The notes below the pieces were generated by a model that was given only the letters and a program-made list of their open reading frames with translations, was not told where the DNA came from and ran no database searches. Positions 18,305-28,575 of a DNA stretch of 55,738 nt are shown piece by piece (the first letter of the stretch is position 1; every line of letters begins with the position of its first letter). This DNA comes from a virus (Duplodnaviria; Caudoviricetes). The stretch spans positions 1 through 55,738 of IMG/VR virus record IMGVR_UViG_3300037243_000147. One strand, 5' to 3'. The position numbers were made by a program, and so were the translations under genes.

Positions 18305-18928
18305 ATGAATACTCTCTCTATCGTCATCCTCTCTCTTCTCCTCGGGCTATTTATAGCCTTCCTGATAGCCCTGTGCGGATTCCTGGTCTGGTACATCACC
18401 CGCCTCCGTACAGCCGTAGCTACGATTGAATCCACCTTCCCGGCTCTAATCGCCCAAGCCAGCGCCAAATTTGACCTGCAATCCCAATCCCTCACCGACA
18501 GCATCGCTAGAATCCGTGGCGACGAACTGGAAAAATTCTCCATTATCGGCATGAACGCCGCCAAACGCATTGAACAAGCTGCCGTAGCTATCGGCGGGGT
18601 ATTGACTCACGTCCTCTCTCGAAACGCGCTAGAATCAATAGCCGGGGAAAATAACGGGAGCGGTCTAGGCCCCGATGATTTCGCCGAGGAAACGGGCGAG
18701 AGATATATCTCGGTCAGCAAGAATGCCCGTCAAGATCAGGAATTATTGCTTAGACAGCAGTCAGGAGATAGAGTAAATAGTCATGGACGCGGACAAGGTT
18801 ACAGTATACCCAATATCTACAACCACAACGGATCATCATCCCCAGCCTCCCAATTCGACGGCTCCGAACCCTTCGACCTCGACACCCTCTCGCCGGGACT
18901 GGAGGAGAAAGCTGGGGGCGACGAATAG
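18305..18928 (+). CDS. membrane-anchored hypothetical protein
   Basis: Long N-terminal hydrophobic helix. Confidence 0.65.
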   Translation: MNTLSIVILSLLLGLFIAFLIALCGFLVWYITRLRTAVATIESTFPALIAQASAKFDLQSQSLTDSIARIRGDELEKFSIIGMNAAKRIEQAAVAIGGVLTHVLSRNALESIAGENNGSGLGPDDFAEETGERYISVSKNARQDQELLLRQQSGDRVNSHGRGQGYSIPNIYNHNGSSSPASQFDGSEPFDLDTLSPGLEEKAGGDE

Positions 18929-19880
18929 GACTAGCCGGCTATCGACAGCTACAGTCGCACCCGTCAATACTCCTACTGCCGCTCCTACCCCTACCCCCAC
19001 CCCCACTCCTACTCCTGTCCGTGCCAAGCTGAATATATCTACACCTCTGTCTGTGCCTGCATCCGACCCCATCCAAGACTCAATACTATCGGCTGCCGAG
19101 TTCGCTGACAAGGCCAGATCACTTACCAATACCAATACCAATACCAATACTCCTACTGATGCCCTTGCCGTGACCTCTGCCCTCCCTCCTACCTTGCCTA
19201 TTACCTCTCTCGCCAACTCCCGCACTCGCGCTATCAAGACCTCCCCACGCGACCTCAAATCCTGGTCTCTAGCCCGGTCAGGTAAAAATGAGGAACAGAT
19301 AGCTGGAATACTAGACTGCTCTATACTGGAGGCTCAACAAGGCATAGTCACAGTCAATACCTGGCTCGCTAGTGTTAGTAACGAAATAGTCAACGCCCTA
19401 GCCAACGAAGAAGTATTGATTGGGCTATCAGGTACTGGCAAGGTATTGAATGACGCCAAACTAGCCGAACGAGTCATCTCCCCGCCAATATACAACAAGG
19501 AAGATGGCAAACTATTAGCCCCAGCCTATACCGTCCCCGATCACACGATGCGGTTAGAAGCTATCAAGGTCGCGGCCCAGTTCGCTAAGGATTTCAAGCC
19601 CCCCTCTACGGCCCCAGCTATAGCTCTGAATATTGGTAACACTGTCAACAATAACATTACCGACGGCAAAGCCAAGAGCTTCGAGCAGCGAGTCAGAGAG
19701 CTTAGAGAGAAGCGTGGACTACATAGCGATGAGACACAAATTGTCGATGCAGAGATAATAGATGACGATGACGACGATATAGAGTCAGATGATGGAGTAG
19801 ACGCTGACGGTGAATACATTGATGATGATGGTGACGATGACGACAACGATAATGAATCCTCTGACGATAAAGAGGACTAG
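18783..19880 (+). CDS. probable terminase small subunit
   Basis: Immediately upstream of terL. HTH-like segment, NNNIT motif and very acidic tail. True start uncertain. Confidence 0.5.
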   Translation: MDADKVTVYPISTTTTDHHPQPPNSTAPNPSTSTPSRRDWRRKLGATNRTSRLSTATVAPVNTPTAAPTPTPTPTPTPVRAKLNISTPLSVPASDPIQDSILSAAEFADKARSLTNTNTNTNTPTDALAVTSALPPTLPITSLANSRTRAIKTSPRDLKSWSLARSGKNEEQIAGILDCSILEAQQGIVTVNTWLASVSNEIVNALANEEVLIGLSGTGKVLNDAKLAERVISPPIYNKEDGKLLAPAYTVPDHTMRLEAIKVAAQFAKDFKPPSTAPAIALNIGNTVNNNITDGKAKSFEQRVRELREKRGLHSDETQIVDAEIIDDDDDDIESDDGVDADGEYIDDDGDDDDNDNESSDDKED

Positions 19881-19882
19881 TT

Positions 19883-22123
19883 GTGAGAGTCCCACGCAAA
19901 AATCCAGAACTCAATGACAGGCTTCAAATATTGGACGAAAAGTTCATCGAAGCCCAGCGCCTCTCCAAAACCGATCTGGAAGTAGTCCCTCGCGCATGGG
20001 ACATGCTCAACGATGACGAACTACTATTCATCACTGACGAAACCGGCAAATGTCTCACTGACCGCCGCTATTTCATGGAGAACTACTACGTCATCCGTAA
20101 CGAGCGCGGCCAGCTCCAGACCCTCTACCCTTTTCTGGATTTTCAGAATACTATCTATGATGTAGTAGAAGAGGAATGGACTGCCAAAGGTTGTTGCCGA
20201 CTCATAATCCTGAAACCCCGTCAAACAGGCTCTACCACTTGGAACGCCGCTCTTATCTTTCACGGCACTATCTTCGTGCCCAATACATTCTCCATTGCCA
20301 TGGCTCAGGACGCTGAGGTATCAGGCGAAATCTATCAACGTATAATCAGCGCCTACCACGCACTACCATGGTTCATTCGTCCAGAGTACCTGTCTAAACA
20401 ACAGGGTAAACAAGTAATATTTCAACGTGAAGATGAAGGACTACGTAACATTGATCCAGGCTTAGGCTCCACTCTAATGATATCGAACGCTCAAAAAGCA
20501 GCGGGTGTCGCTATTGGGCGCAGTATAAGGAACGGATTATTTTCTGAGGTTTCGAGGTGGCCCGATGCTACTGTGTGGTCGAGTGACATTAAACCCAGTC
20601 TAAATGCTCCCGACATGCTAGGCATCATGGAGTCTACAGCGTTTGGACGCTCCGGTCTTTACTGGAATATGTGGCGGGCAGCCGAAGCAGGTAAGTCAAT
20701 ATGGCGTGCTCTGTTCCTGCCTGTGTATCACGTCCGAAAGTATTTCATACCCGTTACTGTCGGCGAGCCATTCACTCTTACTCCGGAAGAAAAGGCATTG
20801 CGATTGAATGTCAAATCCCGTGAGAATTTTACCATTCCATTAGGATTCTTCAAGTGGAGACGCGCAGACCTGATCGAAACAGTGAACTCAACTGGCAGTG
20901 AAGAGACGCATTACGAGTCATACCCAGTAACGTCAGGCGAGGCTTTCATATCGTCAGGATTCTGTGCATTCTCTCGTAAGGAGTTGTCGAGACAGGAGAG
21001 GGTAAATTGTTGTGATCCGAAGTGGATTGGTGAGATTGAATACGTCGGTCAGGAGTTAACTCCAATCCTTCATCTGCATGAACCACTCCCAGAAGAACTT
21101 ATAGATATCTCTGACCGCCACAACCGCCTATGGGTATGGGAAAAGCCAGAACCGGAATCGAGTCAGGTCGAATACTATCTCGGCAATGACGTGGGAGCGG
21201 GCAATGAGGGTAACGATTACTCATCAGCAATAATTTTGCGCTTAGGCTACGGCCCCAACCCCGATGTACAAGTCGCTGAATGGCACGGTCACGCCAACCC
21301 CACCCATTTGGCTCGCATGATCGCGGCTATCGGCCAGTGGTACAATATGTGCGAAATCGCCGTGGAGTATCAAGCGTCGGGCATTACCGTTGGAAACGAG
21401 TTGCAATGGAATTTAGATTACCCGGTTTTATATAGATGGAGAGTACAAGATAAGATCTCCAACACACTTTCGTCTCATGTGCATTGGCTCACAAATTCAC
21501 GTACTCGGGACGATGCTATTAACAGAGCTGGAGAAAAATTGTTAGACCACATGATCGTCATTCGTAACAAACATCTCATAGAAGAGATGCGTGATTTTGG
21601 TAGGCTAGAAGGGGAATTAAAAGCACAAGCATTATCCGCTCACGATGACCGAGTACTTGCCCTGCTTATCTGTATCGGTGCCTCTGTACAAACCGGCAAA
21701 CGACAAGAAATGACTGACCAAATGAGTATGGGAGTATCCACTTCAACGGCCGCAGGTGTAATGCCCCGTGGAACTCGCTACACAGTTTTTGACCATTTTT
21801 CTAGGATGGTTGCAGATGTAGGATCACTTGAAGAAGGCAATAAACTCATTGCTGACACCGAACGCATCCACAATGTAAAACTAAAAGGGCTATGGTCTGT
21901 AAAAGAAATTGTCCCAACGCGATGCAACACACCCTGGTCGCCGATCTGGGATTCTCAAGGGGCTGCTCGTGAACTCTACGATCAAGGCATGGAACCCAGA
22001 GATATAATGACCGGCCAGAATATTGTGGAGGTTTACAAACAGATGCTAACCGCACAACGCCACGCCGGAACAGGGGCAGATACGGCAGGGGATGCCGACA
22101 TTATTAACGACGAAGATTTTTAG
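19883..22123 (+). CDS. terL: terminase large subunit
   Basis: ILKPRQTGSTT (Walker A), LFSEVSRW (Walker B), ESTAFG (coupling motif), GNDVG/DYS/HDDRV nuclease acidic residues. Confidence 0.93.
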   Translation: MRVPRKNPELNDRLQILDEKFIEAQRLSKTDLEVVPRAWDMLNDDELLFITDETGKCLTDRRYFMENYYVIRNERGQLQTLYPFLDFQNTIYDVVEEEWTAKGCCRLIILKPRQTGSTTWNAALIFHGTIFVPNTFSIAMAQDAEVSGEIYQRIISAYHALPWFIRPEYLSKQQGKQVIFQREDEGLRNIDPGLGSTLMISNAQKAAGVAIGRSIRNGLFSEVSRWPDATVWSSDIKPSLNAPDMLGIMESTAFGRSGLYWNMWRAAEAGKSIWRALFLPVYHVRKYFIPVTVGEPFTLTPEEKALRLNVKSRENFTIPLGFFKWRRADLIETVNSTGSEETHYESYPVTSGEAFISSGFCAFSRKELSRQERVNCCDPKWIGEIEYVGQELTPILHLHEPLPEELIDISDRHNRLWVWEKPEPESSQVEYYLGNDVGAGNEGNDYSSAIILRLGYGPNPDVQVAEWHGHANPTHLARMIAAIGQWYNMCEIAVEYQASGITVGNELQWNLDYPVLYRWRVQDKISNTLSSHVHWLTNSRTRDDAINRAGEKLLDHMIVIRNKHLIEEMRDFGRLEGELKAQALSAHDDRVLALLICIGASVQTGKRQEMTDQMSMGVSTSTAAGVMPRGTRYTVFDHFSRMVADVGSLEEGNKLIADTERIHNVKLKGLWSVKEIVPTRCNTPWSPIWDSQGAARELYDQGMEPRDIMTGQNIVEVYKQMLTAQRHAGTGADTAGDADIINDEDF

Positions 22124-22132
22124 CCAATACTC

Positions 22133-22161
22133 TTGACACTACCGCTTTACTGCGTTACACT
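22133..22161 (+). promoter_or_regulatory. sigma70 promoter
   Basis: TTGACA-17-TACACT right after the terL stop. Confidence 0.8.
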
Positions 22162-22168
22162 CCTTTTC

Positions 22169-22369
22169 GTGACTACCGCTCTCCCCAAATCGGATAGAAA
22201 ACACGCCACCAGCTACCGTCTCTCTCCCTATACTCTCGAACTCATCTCCAACGCTTCGACTATCTGCCGGGTGAGCCGCACAGAAGTAATTGAGATTGCG
22301 GTAAGGGAGTGGGCATCCAAGCTCAAAACATCCAAGAAGCCCATCAAGAAACTGTCAGAGGCCCTATAG
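22169..22369 (+). CDS. ribbon-helix-helix regulator, leaderless
   Basis: KHATSYRLSPYTLELISNASTICRVSRTEVIEIAVREW. GTG is 7 nt after the -10 box; the ORF-track start is actually the -35 box. Confidence 0.75.
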   Translation: MTTALPKSDRKHATSYRLSPYTLELISNASTICRVSRTEVIEIAVREWASKLKTSKKPIKKLSEAL

Positions 22370-22371
22370 AG

Positions 22372-23232
22372 ATGGCTAAATTCAAAAACCTTAAAGGACA
22401 GCGCTTCGGCGCATTAGTAGTCGTCAAGCGCACCGAGGACGTATTTAGTCCCAAAGGCAAACGGAGAACCTTCTGGTGGGTACGTTGCGATTGTGGTGTC
22501 GAGCGACCCGCATGTGCATCGTGGTTGAGTTCAGGACAAGGCACAAGCTGCGGTTGCCGCATTGACGATCCGGAGAGGCTTAGACCTCGGGTATTGAATG
22601 GTCTGTCCTATCACCCTCTCTATATAACTTGGACTTCGATGGTCAGACGCTGTACCGATACTAAGGACTTGAGTTTCAAATACTACGGTGGCAGAGGCAT
22701 TACGATTTGTGACGAGTGGCTATACTTCGTTGAGAAGTTTATTGCATGGGGTGAGAGCCACGGCTTCGAGATAGGACTGAGCATCGACAGAATTGACAAC
22801 GATGGTGACTACGAACCGAATAACTGCCAGTTCGTTACCATGCCTGAGCAGGCACGTAATAAGAGAACTACTAGGCGTATTGAATGGCAGGGTAGGAATC
22901 TAACCCCCAAAGAGTGGTCAGAGGTCACAGGCATTAACTACGGCACTATCGTAACTCGTCTGCGTCTTGGATGGTCCGCCGAAAAGATTCTTACTAGAGC
23001 GACTCAGTTTGAAACTGCGATATTGGAGTTCAAAGGCCATCGGAAATCCCCAATAGATTGGGCGGAACTTCTAGGGATTGACCGTCACCTCATTACCCTG
23101 CGTAGACGGCGTGGATGGAGCGATGAGATGGTTCTCACCGAGCCCTTGCGTCAGACTATAGATGGCCGTCATGTTTTTGTCCCGATATGGACTAAGAAAG
23201 TTGAGGAGGCTTTGAGAAAATGCCGAACCTAG
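22372..23232 (+). CDS. HNH homing endonuclease (GQRFG/CDCG + YGGRGI family)
   Basis: LKGQRFGALVV...RCDCG...SCGC; WTSMVRRC...YGGRGITICDEW...SIDRIDNDGDYEPNNC. Confidence 0.85.
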   Translation: MAKFKNLKGQRFGALVVVKRTEDVFSPKGKRRTFWWVRCDCGVERPACASWLSSGQGTSCGCRIDDPERLRPRVLNGLSYHPLYITWTSMVRRCTDTKDLSFKYYGGRGITICDEWLYFVEKFIAWGESHGFEIGLSIDRIDNDGDYEPNNCQFVTMPEQARNKRTTRRIEWQGRNLTPKEWSEVTGINYGTIVTRLRLGWSAEKILTRATQFETAILEFKGHRKSPIDWAELLGIDRHLITLRRRRGWSDEMVLTEPLRQTIDGRHVFVPIWTKKVEEALRKCRT

Positions 23233-23726
23233 TTTCTCCGCTCGACCAATCGAAATCATACTTCGCGTGCCCGATTTGCGAGCACAATGGAACCCCAGGT
23301 GTGATGATGACTCGCGAATCCCACCTCCACAAATGCGCATTCGGCCACCAGCTAAATGGCGCGGAGCTATCCCGCTTCAAACTAACAATGACTCCCATGA
23401 GCGCCATCACAGTTGAGCAGCCAAACCCCGAATCAATAAAATGGCCCGTGTTTATCATGCCCACTACCAAAGCGAAACTGGAGCAGAAATTCTCGGGAAG
23501 ATTATTTGTGACACTCGGAACTTTCTTTGACTGCCTCGCGAGTGATTCGATTATATTTATAAGTGACGATGTAGCTGAGAAGTTGCGCGCCAAGGGTCTG
23601 AGTAATGGGGCGTCGATACTGGCAGCCGTAGAGTCAGCTACTCAGATGGAATCAGAACGTGATCAGGCGCTTACTAAACTTTCGGAGCTGATGGGGATGC
23701 TTAAGAATAGTATCGGGGAGAAATAG
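23220..23726 (+). CDS. hypothetical protein with N-terminal Zn motif
   Basis: CPIC...HKCAFGH. GAGGAGG SD. Confidence 0.7.
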   Translation: MPNLVSPLDQSKSYFACPICEHNGTPGVMMTRESHLHKCAFGHQLNGAELSRFKLTMTPMSAITVEQPNPESIKWPVFIMPTTKAKLEQKFSGRLFVTLGTFFDCLASDSIIFISDDVAEKLRAKGLSNGASILAAVESATQMESERDQALTKLSELMGMLKNSIGEK

Positions 23727-23728
23727 TA

Positions 23729-24145
23729 ATGACCGATAAGAGATATATTGTTCCAGACGGGATGCGGAGGGCATTTGGCCGAGCACTCCCCGACCCAGAC
23801 TTTGACTCGGATGGTGTGATCTGTCTAGTAGCGCTTGAGGCCGCACTGCGATGGTTGGCTGATAACCCTGCCATGCCGTCGATGAAGCAACTGAACGATA
23901 TGTATAAGAAGGTCGATACCGGCAATGGCGGAACATACATACCGGCATACCTTGCGGAATGGCAGCGGATCATGTTTCTGGCCCCCGAGCCCGAACTGTC
24001 TGATGAAGTCGAGCAGGTAATCTCCCGGACTCGTGGGCGCACATTCAGCAAATCCGATGCCGCTAAACTGCACAAGGCTATCGACAGGTGTACACAGCCT
24101 GATGGAGTAAATGAAGGATGGCTCTATTCGCTCATTCCCACATGA
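23729..24145 (+). CDS. hypothetical protein
   Basis: ORF track. GGGGAG SD. Confidence 0.6.
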   Translation: MTDKRYIVPDGMRRAFGRALPDPDFDSDGVICLVALEAALRWLADNPAMPSMKQLNDMYKKVDTGNGGTYIPAYLAEWQRIMFLAPEPELSDEVEQVISRTRGRTFSKSDAAKLHKAIDRCTQPDGVNEGWLYSLIPT

Positions 24146-24290
24146 AGGCAGGGCAGGTGGATCATACACCAAGTCTGTCAGGTACGAAGGGGCGTTTGTT
24201 ATAGTCACGGACGAATGGAGTAAGGAAACAGCTATACCGGCTGATGATGTCAGGGAAGTAGTCAAGACTCCTGAGAGGTCAGGGTGGTGA
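24111..24290 (+). CDS. small hypothetical protein (59 aa)
   Basis: Hand-translated MKDGSIRSFPHEGRAGGSYTKSVRYEGAFVIVTDEW.... GGAG SD. Ends next to the following start. Confidence 0.65.
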   Translation: MKDGSIRSFPHEGRAGGSYTKSVRYEGAFVIVTDEWSKETAIPADDVREVVKTPERSGW

Positions 24291-24291
24291 G

Positions 24292-25218
24292 ATGACTGAA
24301 CGAAAGCGTATTGCACCGTCCACTGCTTATGACCTCACTGGACTACAGTTCGGTCGATGGCTTGTGCTATCTCTAGCCCCTGACGATCCCGCCAAGAAAC
24401 TGGACCGCAGATGGCTCTGCCGCTGCACTTGCCCGTTACAAACTGAGAAGATAGTCATAGGCCGTTCGCTGATACACGGAATGTCGTTATCTTGCGGGTG
24501 TATTCGACGAGAGAACGCCAAACTCCTTATTGACATGGTAGATCAGCGATTCGGGATGTTAGTAGTCATAAAAAGAGTTGAGGACAAGGTTTCTCCGGGG
24601 GGCTATCACACTACAATGTGGCAGGTTCGCTGTGATTGTGGAGTCGTGACAGTTGCTCCTGCGGGGGCACTTCGGAATGGCAGTAGCAAAAGTTGTGGCT
24701 GTCAGAATCCGATTATGAACGGAAAAGGAAATCGCACGCATGGCCGCAGCAAAGAGCCTATCCACGCCACTTGGCATTGTATGATTGCACGCTGTACATA
24801 CCCCGTTCAGTACGGCTATGAGCACTATGGAGGTCGAGGCATCAAAGTCTGCGACGAATGGCTACATTCTTTTGAGAAGTTTGTTGAATGGGCATTCGCC
24901 AACGGATACCAGAAAGGGTTGACGATTGAGCGTAACGATCTCGATAAGGACTACGAGCCTTCCAATTGCTGTTTCAAAACAAACCAAGAGCAGCAATGGA
25001 ACAAGCGTAACACCATCTGGATTGAATGGGACGGAGAGACAAAGAGTCTGGGTGAGTGGGCATTTCTTACCGGAATCCCCTATCTGCGTCTCTGGAAAAG
25101 GTATAAGAAGGGTTGGAGCGTAACTGATATGTTTACAGCACCTCCGATCTCGGGCATCTCGTACTCTAAGACGATGGACGGACGCCGCCATAGCCAACCG
25201 GACGCAGCCGTGCTATAA
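24292..25218 (+). CDS. HNH homing endonuclease (YGGRGI family, duplicated N-terminal CxC repeat)
   Basis: Two G(L/Q)xFG...CxC...SCGC repeats; YGGRGIKVCDEW...TIERNDLDKDYEPSNC. Confidence 0.85.
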   Translation: MTERKRIAPSTAYDLTGLQFGRWLVLSLAPDDPAKKLDRRWLCRCTCPLQTEKIVIGRSLIHGMSLSCGCIRRENAKLLIDMVDQRFGMLVVIKRVEDKVSPGGYHTTMWQVRCDCGVVTVAPAGALRNGSSKSCGCQNPIMNGKGNRTHGRSKEPIHATWHCMIARCTYPVQYGYEHYGGRGIKVCDEWLHSFEKFVEWAFANGYQKGLTIERNDLDKDYEPSNCCFKTNQEQQWNKRNTIWIEWDGETKSLGEWAFLTGIPYLRLWKRYKKGWSVTDMFTAPPISGISYSKTMDGRRHSQPDAAVL

Positions 25219-25228
25219 CTAGGGTTCT

Positions 25229-27118
25229 ATGGGAAGTTCACCGCTCAGTCCCGACTCAGGACCGTCTTTTGTGCCCCCTACTGCCCCGGCTCTTATGTCC
25301 CCGTCGAGAGCGCTTCAGTTAGAAGAGGAAGTTTTTCAGTTTACTGAGAGTATTTTCTCAGTTTTGACGGACGACAGGGACAGAGATCGAGAGGTGAAAG
25401 AGACATTACGTTCGGTGGACTTCCTCGAAGGGCGTCACTGGCGTGAAGGTCAACGGGCTCAGCGTAACCGCCCCGTACTCAATAAGGTTAAACGCCATTT
25501 CTGGGATCAGGTGGGACTGTTAACTGACTTGTCACTTGACTACTACGTGAAGATGTTCAACAAACTTGAGAGCTACTCTGAATTTGAGACTATCCTTAAC
25601 CAGCTTAGTGTCCGCTGGGCACAATCCAACGATGTTAAATTCCAAGACCGCTTCTATGACGTAACCCTCTACGGCCTCCTCCACACCGGCCCATCCAAGG
25701 TACAGTGGAACTCACAACTAATGAACGGCATGGGCGATGTCGAGATAGTCCCAATCGCACCCTGGCAATGGGGGACTCTAGGCGCAGGTAGCGACCCACA
25801 GCAATCTGAATGCATACTATTTTTCCCTGTCGTCACCAGAGATCATATACAGAGGAAGTATGGCAGACAGTTAGCCTCGCGTATTGAATGTGACATGGAG
25901 ATGTCAGGAGCGGCATTGAGTGGTCAATTCAAGCGGCCTTCTCATATTGACAAGGGATCATGGTCAAGAATGGGTGAAGGGCTAAGAGTATCACTAGGAG
26001 TTAAACGATCCACTCTTGGTAATGACTCTGTGTACCCGATGTGTATGTTGAAAGAGTATTGGCTCCGGGATAACAGTGTCAATGAGAGTAGCAGGACTGT
26101 TACAGTCGGCAATGACGCTTATAACTGGGCTTATCAGGTGGAACCGGGCGAATTCTTATACCCGAGGGGGAGAGTAATAGTAACAGCGGGTGGGGTAGTG
26201 TTAGAGGATAGCCCCAACCCATACTGGCACGCTAAGTTTCCGTTTTCCACTTTTCGGCCCTTTAGAGTTCCATGGCAGATGTCTGGGACGCCTGTTTGTC
26301 GTTCGTGGATTCAGATGAACCAAGTCATCAACACTCTTATGGGCGGTATGCTTGATTGTATCCGGTCCATCAACGAACCTACCCTTATCGGTCCTAAAGG
26401 CGCATTCCCCTCAGCGGATTGGGATGCATTAGACCCTGGTGCTCCCGGAGGCAAGATCAAATATGCCAATAACGCCCCCCGAGCGCCTGAGTTCGCCAAG
26501 AAAGCAGACTACCCCATAGCTGCCGTTATGCAAACCGTGGACCTCATTTCAAAGGAGTTGGATGCATCTTCGGGTGCCGCTGCCATGACAGCAGCTCTGG
26601 GCAAGAAGCAAGTGCCCGGTGGAGACTCATTGGAAATGATTATGGATTCCCGCTCACTGCCCGTAAAAATAGAATCCAAAGCCCTTGCCAATTATGTGGA
26701 AGATGCGGGGTGGATGGTAGTGTCGGATATGTTGCAGTTCTACTCTGTAGCTCACCGTGTTAACATCCTTGGCCCCAAAGGTATATCTAGTGCTGACTGG
26801 CGTCCTGTGTACGGCTCTGCAAAGCCCGTAGGCATGAAGAGTGAAGACTTCGTTCGTCAATTTCAAGGAATAGTACGCCGCGACACTCTACTCCAATCGC
26901 AGAAGCGTGATAAGGTCCAGTACGCGATAGCCTTGGCCAAGATGGGAAAACTGAGCGACGAAATGCTCTTTTCGATACTTGATCCCGATGGAGCAATTGA
27001 TTTCCAGGCCAATAAGCGCCAGCTCATCGAAGAAACGATATTAAAGATGAAGCTACAAGGCGCTGCGGCGGCTATGCAAGGTGCTGCAAAAGGAGGTGGA
27101 GGTAAAGGTAAAAAGTAG
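25229..27118 (+). CDS. portal protein
   Basis: 629 aa, between terL and the scaffold/capsid genes. FLEGRHW...RPVLNKV start is typical of P22-like portals. Confidence 0.8.
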   Translation: MGSSPLSPDSGPSFVPPTAPALMSPSRALQLEEEVFQFTESIFSVLTDDRDRDREVKETLRSVDFLEGRHWREGQRAQRNRPVLNKVKRHFWDQVGLLTDLSLDYYVKMFNKLESYSEFETILNQLSVRWAQSNDVKFQDRFYDVTLYGLLHTGPSKVQWNSQLMNGMGDVEIVPIAPWQWGTLGAGSDPQQSECILFFPVVTRDHIQRKYGRQLASRIECDMEMSGAALSGQFKRPSHIDKGSWSRMGEGLRVSLGVKRSTLGNDSVYPMCMLKEYWLRDNSVNESSRTVTVGNDAYNWAYQVEPGEFLYPRGRVIVTAGGVVLEDSPNPYWHAKFPFSTFRPFRVPWQMSGTPVCRSWIQMNQVINTLMGGMLDCIRSINEPTLIGPKGAFPSADWDALDPGAPGGKIKYANNAPRAPEFAKKADYPIAAVMQTVDLISKELDASSGAAAMTAALGKKQVPGGDSLEMIMDSRSLPVKIESKALANYVEDAGWMVVSDMLQFYSVAHRVNILGPKGISSADWRPVYGSAKPVGMKSEDFVRQFQGIVRRDTLLQSQKRDKVQYAIALAKMGKLSDEMLFSILDPDGAIDFQANKRQLIEETILKMKLQGAAAAMQGAAKGGGGKGKK

Positions 27119-27129
27119 GTATATAATCT

Positions 27130-27192
27130 AGGACGAGCTGCACGCCTTTAGGGAGGCAAACATGAACCAGTGCAAACTGGAAACTCGTCCTG
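27130..27192 (-). ncRNA. candidate cis-antisense three-way-junction RNA of HNH gene 27162
   Basis: GGACGAGU/GCUCGUCC closing stem, CCAGU/ACUGG hairpin, and a hairpin carrying the anti-SD. G-U pairs form only on this strand. Weak extended -10 (TGtTATAGG) upstream. Confidence 0.55.
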
Positions 27193-28202
27193 CACCTTCC
27201 TATAACACAACTCTGTCGTCCGTTGAAAGATTTCCAAACAATTACGACCTCTGCCCGTTATGTGGCGAAATTAAGGCCAAGGTGAGCGCTATGTGCCGCG
27301 CCTGCCGTTTTCCGCCCAGAGCGTCCATTCCACAGCCATCTGATCCAACAATCCGTCATCTACCTCTGACCCAAGGCTATTACGTTGTTGTGTCGGCTGA
27401 GGGTTATGAACGTGCATCTACACGTAAATGGCATGTACATATCATCAGGTGCAAGGACGGCAGCGTTAGAAACGTCTACGCAATAAGCAACATAGTGATA
27501 GACGGTCGTCGCACAACAATAAAACTGCACCGTTTTCTTATGGGAATTACCGATCCATTGATACAAATAGATCACGAAGACGGTGAAGGATTGACTTGCG
27601 TTCCCAGTAATATGCGTACCGCTACGAAGAGACAGAATAACTATAACAGCCGCAAGCGCTACAACAGTACTGCCCCTTTCAAGGGGATGACATTGAACGC
27701 CCGTGAACAGAAATATCGAGTTCAAATCTGGACGCCTAGTGGAAGGAAGTGCCTTGGCAGGTTTCCTCTAGATGCTGCTGAGGAGGCTGCTCGTTGCTAC
27801 GATTACTGGGCGGTCAAACTTCAGGGAGCTTTTGCTTGCACTAATGTAAAGCTGGGGCTATTACCTCCTCTTAGTGACGATGAGGCAGCGGCACAGGCAT
27901 GTAAGTGGGAGAATGAATATAAGCTCAACAGAAATAACTCCAGTGGCTATATGGGTGTTGCGTCGATTAAGTCTGGTCTGAGATGGAAAGCCTCGGCCAG
28001 ATTAGATGGCCGTCAGAGGCATCTCGGACTATATGACACAGCAAAAGAGGCAGCAAGGGTTCGGGATGCCGCAATTGTGTTGTCCGATGTGCATACTGTG
28101 CGTACTTGGCTGAATTTTCCCGATGAACCTCCAACGCCCGAAGAGGTAGCCAACGTTAAGAAGTATTTGGAACGTAAGAGGGGAAGTCACCGCAAGGTAT
28201 AG
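27162..28202 (+). CDS. Zn-ribbon + HNH + 2xAP2 homing endonuclease
   Basis: CPLCG...CRAC; LPLTQG; LHRFLMG...IDHEDG...SNMR; two AP2-like LGxF/Y...AA..D repeats. Confidence 0.88.
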   Translation: MNQCKLETRPAPSYNTTLSSVERFPNNYDLCPLCGEIKAKVSAMCRACRFPPRASIPQPSDPTIRHLPLTQGYYVVVSAEGYERASTRKWHVHIIRCKDGSVRNVYAISNIVIDGRRTTIKLHRFLMGITDPLIQIDHEDGEGLTCVPSNMRTATKRQNNYNSRKRYNSTAPFKGMTLNAREQKYRVQIWTPSGRKCLGRFPLDAAEEAARCYDYWAVKLQGAFACTNVKLGLLPPLSDDEAAAQACKWENEYKLNRNNSSGYMGVASIKSGLRWKASARLDGRQRHLGLYDTAKEAARVRDAAIVLSDVHTVRTWLNFPDEPPTPEEVANVKKYLERKRGSHRKV

Positions 28203-28226
28203 ACTGAGTAGCTAACCGACACTCAA

Positions 28227-28280
28227 GGCCAGAGACTTACTCCTACTCTCTGGCCCATTCCCATCCTTTTGTTTTATTTA
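28227..28280 (+). terminator. putative intrinsic terminator
   Basis: GGCCAGAGA/TCTCTGGCC hairpin with a T-rich tract about 10 nt downstream. Confidence 0.45.
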
Positions 28281-28408
28281 ACCCCCCACCTGTTGACTAG
28301 TCCATAATATGTCGTTCACGATATCAGACAGGGATAACCTCCCTGGTGAACTGGATGAAGATTTCTAGTCACCCACGTCTTGCGTAGCCGGGCGAAAAGG
28401 AGAAAGCC

Positions 28409-28498
28409 ATGTTTGAAACCTCGAAGATGGATGAGCGCGGTAAGCGCGGTAAAGGCAGACACAAAAAGAGGCATGGTGGCCGTAAGGCCAAGCGGTAA
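28409..28498 (+). CDS. very basic microprotein (29 aa)
   Basis: MFETSKMDERGKRGKGRHKKRHGGRKAKR, strong AAGGAG SD. Not in the ORF track. Confidence 0.75.
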   Translation: MFETSKMDERGKRGKGRHKKRHGGRKAKR

Positions 28499-28575
28499 CC
28501 CAAGTAGTTTCACACAAGGGATGAGCTAGTGCTTGTCCCTTTAACCTCATGTAATTTTACTGAGGAGTAATAGTT

